From an uncultured archaeon (GTDB lineage Archaea; Iainarchaeota; Iainarchaeia; Iainarchaeales; JAAZKV01): a stretch of DNA of 32,000 bases. The DNA is taken from NCBI GenBank assembly GCA_964551375.1, contig CAZKBG010000001.1, forward strand, positions 570,001 to 602,000, written 5' to 3'. The number at the start of each line of letters is the position of its first letter. Position 1 is the stretch's first letter. The notes beneath the pieces were generated by a model, which was not told the origin of the DNA, searched no databases, and saw only the letters and a list, made by a program, of their open reading frames with translations. Below are positions 27,082 to 32,000 of the stretch, piece after piece. The position numbers and the translations under genes are program-made.

Positions 27082-27396
27082 TTAAATTGAACAGCCTGAA
27101 TTTCTGTCCCTATATTCCTTATACGAAAGCCACTCAACCAAAAGAAACTTGTGCTTTAATCCAAAAGAAGAAAGCACGCTTTCAAAATCAACATGTGGGA
27201 GCCCCACCGCAGTAGCTCTTTGAGAGGCAAAATCAAGATGCGCCTGAAGAATTTCAGGATTTAATAAAAGCTTGTACTGCAAATACGCTGTTTCATCCTT
27301 ATCCTTTGTGGAAAAACTAAAAGAAACCAATTTAACTTCTTCAAACGGGGATTCTTTAGAAAACCCTCTCTTCTTTTTCTGAATTTTTTTAGCCAT
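27082..27396 (-). CDS. Small uncharacterised basic-N-terminus protein
   Basis: 104-aa ORF starting 11 nt downstream of the radical SAM gene on the same strand. Confidence 0.45.
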   Translation of the reverse strand: MAKKIQKKKRGFSKESPFEEVKLVSFSFSTKDKDETAYLQYKLLLNPEILQAHLDFASQRATAVGLPHVDFESVLSSFGLKHKFLLVEWLSYKEYRDRNSGCSI

Positions 27397-27407
27397 CGCA
27401 TTTCACC

Positions 27408-29108
27408 TCATTTGAAAAAATTATTATCTTTATAAGCTTCCTTATACACTTTCTCGCCTGAAAGCTTCTTTGCATCCCTTTTGTACTTATACTTAATATC
27501 CTCGCTTGGATTTAACTTTGACCATTCTTCCCAAGTAAGCGAATACTGCCCCTGCACCTTATCTCTGTAAAGCTCAGGCAGAACATTAAATGCGCAAAAC
27601 GGAATAATTCTCCCGTCAGGCATTGCGTAGTGAATATCGCACCTTTCAACTCTTTGCTGGTCATAATTATACAAATCCATAAAGTGCATCATTCCGACGA
27701 ACAATGTTTTATGATGGAATTTGCCAAGAGCTGTATAATCGTGCAATACTAATGCGTCAAACAAAAGCTTTGCAAGATCAATGTTTTTTGGCATCTTCTT
27801 CTTGTCAAGACAGGAGTTAATTTCAAACAAAAGCTTTGCAATCTCCACATACTTTGCCTGAGACAATCCCATCTCTCTCCACTTTGCAATATTCTGCGAA
27901 TGCTTTCTTAAATAACCAAAGAAGCGCTCCACGTCAAAAAATTCAGGAAGAGGAATTACTTTATTATCATCATCAACAAACAAGTAAGTCGCTTCTCCGC
28001 ATGCGAAGTGAATATTCATCGTGTACTGCTCGTCATTAGTCATTGACTCAATGAATTCAGTAATTGATGAAACACAAGGCACGGGGAAAAAATCCTTCTG
28101 CTTAATTGCGCTCTTTGAAGTTTTCTCAATCAATTCAGTAGCCCTTGGGATGGTAATTCTTTCTTTTACCCTTAGAGACTTAGGCATTCTTCCAACAAAT
28201 GAAACAGGCTGGAAATTTACTCCTCTCACAACATCCAAATTATTCAAAGCAAAATTAATTATTGCGCCGACTTCGTGATCGTTAACTCCCTTGATTAAAG
28301 TCGGAACCAAAACTACCCCAATCCCAGCTTTTTTTAATTCAGCAAGGGCTCTTGGAACTTCATAATGATTTTTTGGATTAGTCTGGGCGGTTACTCCGTC
28401 AAAAGACATGTAAACTGTGGTAACTCCCGCATCGCGAAACTTTTTTGCTAAGCCAGGAGTGTGCGCAATATTTATTCCGTGAGTATTTAACTGAATATGA
28501 TCAAAGCCTCTTTTTTTTGCAAGCTTAATTATTTCAACAGCATCCTTTCTCAAAGTCGGTTCGCCCCCCGTGAACTGAATTGCATTAGGAGCTACTGGTT
28601 TTTGAGAGCGCAAATTAATCAGCATCTCGTCAATTTTTTCAAGCGAAGGCTCGTAAATCGGATCTCCTTCTTTAGCATAAAAGAAACAATACCAACAGCT
28701 TAAATCGCACCTGTTTGTAATCGCAATATTTGCGAGAGCAGTGTGATTGTGGTGATTTGTGCAAAGCCCGCAGTCAAAAGGACAATTTGAACCATTGTTC
28801 CCCGTAGTGCAGACGTTAAAACGGTCAATTCCCCTGCTTGGCTGGGCGAACTTTCTTGCCCTCTCAAACTCATGGGATGATTCCCAGTACATTTCATCAA
28901 ACACTCCGTGCTCGGGACATTTTCTTTTAATAAAAATCTTTGAACTCTTCTGATAAATTGTCGCTGTAAGGGATCTTTTGCATTCAGGACAAATGGATCT
29001 GGTTTTGTAAGGCATTTTTACGCCATAGTTAGGAAAAACTTTGCTTGAAATATGCTTCTTCTTTGCTTTTGGACTTTTGTTTGAAACTTTTTCAACCATG
29101 GGACCCAC
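27408..29108 (-). CDS. Radical SAM protein, tetraether lipid synthase (Tes / MJ0619)-like
   Basis: CPECKRSLTATIYQKSSKIFIKRKCPEHG knuckle, CPFDCGLCTNHHNHT, radical SAM CDLSCWYC, FTGGEPTLR, and C-terminal HFACGEATYLF / HYAMPDGRIIPFCAFN. Confidence 0.75.
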   Translation of the reverse strand: MGPMVEKVSNKSPKAKKKHISSKVFPNYGVKMPYKTRSICPECKRSLTATIYQKSSKIFIKRKCPEHGVFDEMYWESSHEFERARKFAQPSRGIDRFNVCTTGNNGSNCPFDCGLCTNHHNHTALANIAITNRCDLSCWYCFFYAKEGDPIYEPSLEKIDEMLINLRSQKPVAPNAIQFTGGEPTLRKDAVEIIKLAKKRGFDHIQLNTHGINIAHTPGLAKKFRDAGVTTVYMSFDGVTAQTNPKNHYEVPRALAELKKAGIGVVLVPTLIKGVNDHEVGAIINFALNNLDVVRGVNFQPVSFVGRMPKSLRVKERITIPRATELIEKTSKSAIKQKDFFPVPCVSSITEFIESMTNDEQYTMNIHFACGEATYLFVDDDNKVIPLPEFFDVERFFGYLRKHSQNIAKWREMGLSQAKYVEIAKLLFEINSCLDKKKMPKNIDLAKLLFDALVLHDYTALGKFHHKTLFVGMMHFMDLYNYDQQRVERCDIHYAMPDGRIIPFCAFNVLPELYRDKVQGQYSLTWEEWSKLNPSEDIKYKYKRDAKKLSGEKVYKEAYKDNNFFK

Positions 29109-29189
29109 CGACCTTGTAGCAAAATTTTAAAACAATAATAATAAAAAGGGTATTCTTGAAGTGAAAACTATAAAAACACCCTAAATTAG

Positions 29190-30500
29190 TCATCCAAAAA
29201 GAGTGGACTGCTTGCCGTGAAGCTTTTCAAGAACAATTTCCTTCTCCATCTTCTTTGCTTCCTTCACAAGCTCCTCAATCTGCTTGTTATCGGATTTTTT
29301 ATTAAACAAAAATGCCAAATCATCCTCATCCAAATCAAAATACCAAGTAAGGCTTTTAGCATATTTTTCAGACTGAAGAATCATTGAAATAAAAGGAAGA
29401 TCCTTAACTGATTCTTTTCTTGAGCAATGCATTTTCTTGCTTATTTTTGCAGCAATTGACTTTCTCGCCTCTCTTTTTGAAGAAGATGAGGATAGAGAAG
29501 AGAGAATTGAAGGAAAAGCCATCGGAATAAACGAATGATAATCTTTTCTCCTTGCGAGAGTCACTCCAGCAGTTGAAAGGGGAATTGAGTATTTTAAAAA
29601 TCCCCAATGCTGGCGATTCATAATCCTGCCGTTGAAAACATCAGCTCGGCTCAAGGAATTAAACGCCACTCCAGCATCAATATTATCATACTGGCGCGGA
29701 ATATTCTCTTCCACCCACATAGAAACCATTTCATACCCAACATCAGTAGCATCCACAGCATCTTTTACTTCCTTAATTGATTTTCCTTTGAAAATTTTAG
29801 CCATCACTGGGAAAATCTTTTCTTTTCTTTCCCTAAATGAAAGCGCCTTAACATTCTGCATTGTGATATTCGGGGCAAGCGATTGAGTGTCTAAAAGAGC
29901 GCTTCGCATATCCCCTGCGCAATCCCTCGCAAGCTCTTTAACTGCCTCATCTTCAAATTTAATATTTTCAATTGCGCAAATTTCCCTCAAATGCTTTGCA
30001 ATGCTCAAATAATTAATTTTCTTAAACTCCAAAAGCTCGCACGCAGCCCTTACTCCTGAAAGAGATTTATCTGCATACACATCATTTGCAATCAAAATCA
30101 CCGGATTAGTGGAAGATTTTATTATTGAAAGAACAGCGCTCATCCCGCCCCTGTCTTTTGAAGACAAGCCGTCAATTTCATCAATCAAAACAAGGCGCTT
30201 TGTTCCAAAAAGAGAAGAATTTGCCGTTGCGGCTCCTGCAACATGCTCAATTGAAGCCTTATCCCTTAAATCGCTCGCATTCATTTCAAATAACTGCCAC
30301 TTAAACTCTTTCGCAATCAAATAAGCAAGCGCGGTTTTACCAATGCCAGGATTTCCATAAAAAAATATTGGCTTTTGCTTAACATCAGCCTGCCAACTTT
30401 CCGCCCAAGCCCTTGCCCTGTCAACAATTTCGACATTTCCAATAAATTCCTCAAAATTCTTAGGAAAATACTTATCTGTGAAAAGATCGGTTGAAATCAT
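29190..30500 (-). CDS. rfcL: Replication factor C large subunit
   Basis: KYFPKNFEEFIGN, Walker A FFYGNPGIGKTALAYLIAKE, RLVLIDEIDGLS, C-terminal PIP-box-like KQSTLFG. Confidence 0.92.
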   Translation of the reverse strand: MISTDLFTDKYFPKNFEEFIGNVEIVDRARAWAESWQADVKQKPIFFYGNPGIGKTALAYLIAKEFKWQLFEMNASDLRDKASIEHVAGAATANSSLFGTKRLVLIDEIDGLSSKDRGGMSAVLSIIKSSTNPVILIANDVYADKSLSGVRAACELLEFKKINYLSIAKHLREICAIENIKFEDEAVKELARDCAGDMRSALLDTQSLAPNITMQNVKALSFRERKEKIFPVMAKIFKGKSIKEVKDAVDATDVGYEMVSMWVEENIPRQYDNIDAGVAFNSLSRADVFNGRIMNRQHWGFLKYSIPLSTAGVTLARRKDYHSFIPMAFPSILSSLSSSSSKREARKSIAAKISKKMHCSRKESVKDLPFISMILQSEKYAKSLTWYFDLDEDDLAFLFNKKSDNKQIEELVKEAKKMEKEIVLEKLHGKQSTLFG

Positions 30501-30594
30501 AACAAAATCCTAACATATACTCCATGCGAAAGAATTAAAACAAAAACACCGCGCCTAAAAACATTGTTAAAATGAATCTAAAGAATTAATAATC

Positions 30595-31308
30595 ATGGGA
30601 GAAATATACCAGCGGGCAACAAACCCAAAACAATACGACTTAAACGACATCAATTGGACGCATGAAACCTCAGATTCGCCGCACAGAATGTTTTATTATG
30701 AATACCTGCAAAAATACAAAGACAAATGGAAAAATGCAAAAGTACTTGACATCGGCTCGGGACTCGGATGGCTGCTTTTAAAAGTCAGCGAAAACGGAGC
30801 TCAGCTTGTCGAAGGAATAGAGCCTTCAAAAAATAATTACTTAACCTCCAAAAAACAGCACCCTTCGCTTACGGTATATAATACAGATTTCGAAAACTTT
30901 GAAACAACAAAAAGATACAATATAATCACAGGAATTATGGTGTTCAACCATATCGCAGACATAAATAAAGCATTTGAAAAAGCATACTCGCTTCTTGAAG
31001 ACAGGGGAGAGCTTTGGATAATAATACACGAATTTTACTATGCTCAAACGCCAAGATTCGGATATGAAATTGAAAAAGAAAAAATCAATGAGGATGAATA
31101 CGCATTAAAAGTTGACAGAAAAAGCTGGAAAATAATAGCTGATGTTGTGAGAAAAGAAGAAGTATACATTAAAGCCGCTCAAAAAGCGGGGCTTAAACTT
31201 ATTGAAACAACGCCAATCACTCCTACTCCTGAGCTGATTAAGAAAATACCGCAATATGCGATTCTTAAAAATACTCCCACAAACAGATTACTGCGCTTCC
31301 AAAAGTAA
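30595..31308 (+). CDS. Class I SAM-dependent methyltransferase
   Basis: VLDIGSGLGWLLLKVSENGAQLVEGIEPSKNN, later YNIITGIMVFNHIADINKAFEKAYSLLEDRGELWIIIHE. Confidence 0.85.
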   Translation: MGEIYQRATNPKQYDLNDINWTHETSDSPHRMFYYEYLQKYKDKWKNAKVLDIGSGLGWLLLKVSENGAQLVEGIEPSKNNYLTSKKQHPSLTVYNTDFENFETTKRYNIITGIMVFNHIADINKAFEKAYSLLEDRGELWIIIHEFYYAQTPRFGYEIEKEKINEDEYALKVDRKSWKIIADVVRKEEVYIKAAQKAGLKLIETTPITPTPELIKKIPQYAILKNTPTNRLLRFQK

Positions 31309-31351
31309 GTTGCAACAGAGTTTAAAAAACCACTCAAACAGGAAATAATTC

Positions 31352-32000
31352 ATGCAAATAGGAATAGTTGGAAAGCCAAGCTCTGGAAAATCAACCTTTT
31401 TCAGCTCTGCAACACTAGTTGATGTTGCAATTGCGAGCTACCCTTTTACCACAATAGAGCCAAACAAAGGAATTGGATTTGTTAGAGTGGAAGACGCAGG
31501 AAAATTCTTTGGCGTAACAAGCAACCCAAAACACGGCTTTTTAGTGCAGGACCCAGTAAAAGGGCCTATTAGATACGTGCCAGTTGAGCTAATTGATGTG
31601 GCAGGACTTGTTCCCGGCGCAAACGAAGGAAAGGGACTGGGAAACAAGTTTTTGAATGACTTATCACAGGCAGATGCATTAATTCATGTGGTTGACGCAA
31701 GCGGAAGCACGGATTCGGAAGGAAAAGAAGTTCCTGAAGGGAGCCATGACCCAATTATTGATGTGAAATTCCTTGAAGAAGAACTTGAACTATGGTTTTT
31801 AAAAATTATTGAAAACAACTGGACAAAATCTGGAAGAAGCCCTGAAAAAGACTTTGGGAAAAAAGTAACACTAATCGCGCAAATGCTTGCTGGAGTTAAA
31901 ATTCTTCCATGGCATATAGAAAAAGCAATGAGGGAAATGAAAATTGATGAAAAACTGCTTAATGAATGGACAAGCGAGGACAAACGAATTTTTGCGCACA
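31352..32000 (+). CDS. Obg/YchF-type GTP(ATP)ase, truncated by window end
   Basis: Not in the supplied ORF track; open frame from ATG 31352 to the window end: MQIGIVGKPSSGKSTFFSSATLVDVAIASYPFTTIEPNKGIGFVRV ... VELIDVAGLVPGANEGKGLGNKFLNDLSQADALIHVVDASG. Confidence 0.9.
   Translation, partial: MQIGIVGKPSSGKSTFFSSATLVDVAIASYPFTTIEPNKGIGFVRVEDAGKFFGVTSNPKHGFLVQDPVKGPIRYVPVELIDVAGLVPGANEGKGLGNKFLNDLSQADALIHVVDASGSTDSEGKEVPEGSHDPIIDVKFLEEELELWFLKIIENNWTKSGRSPEKDFGKKVTLIAQMLAGVKILPWHIEKAMREMKIDEKLLNEWTSEDKRIFAH

Noticed and set aside
1-32000. CRISPR array, transposon, integrase, toxin-antitoxin or restriction system
   Set aside because: No regularly spaced direct repeats, transposase or nuclease motifs seen; nearly all space is filled by housekeeping or membrane-protein genes.
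1-32000. tRNA or rRNA genes
   Set aside because: Intergenic gaps were read for T-arm and acceptor-stem-like patterns and none was found; a tRNAscan-SE run would be decisive.

Overview
Chromosomal segment of an AT-rich archaeon. It is probably DPANN-like (Diapherotrites/Micrarchaeota grade), but that is an inference from gene content only. It is gene-dense, with no CRISPR array, transposon, integrase, rRNA or tRNA that I could recognise. Recognisable genes: a Methanococcus-type S-layer protein, a replication/translation block on the minus strand (eIF2-alpha, GINS51, PriS, PriL, two tandem PCNA paralogs), RFC large subunit, family-4-like uracil-DNA glycosylase, PAC2 protein, signal peptidase I, SpoIIM-family protein, exosome Csl4, RNA polymerase subunit L, stomatin-like SPFH protein, DUF373 protein, archaeal Lon, RNase Z, Fe/Mn SOD, PyrB/PyrI, a radical-SAM protein resembling tetraether lipid synthase, a methyltransferase, and an Obg/YchF-type GTPase cut by the window end and absent from the supplied ORF track. 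I found no convincing discrete new defence or mobile system. The most interesting signals are: (i) loss of expected Fe-S cysteines in both the uracil-DNA glycosylase (no Cys at all) and PriL (2 of 4 left); (ii) tandem PCNA paralogs plus C-terminal PIP-box-like tails on UDG and RFC-L; (iii) a cascade of two tiny ORFs overlapping by TAATG/ATGA into pyrB; (iv) a metallo-beta-lactamase-fold protein with its metal ligands replaced; (v) an RGG-rich tail on Csl4; (vi) a membrane coiled-coil transglutaminase-like protein; (vii) a divergent promoter with TATA elements in a perfect 10-bp dyad.
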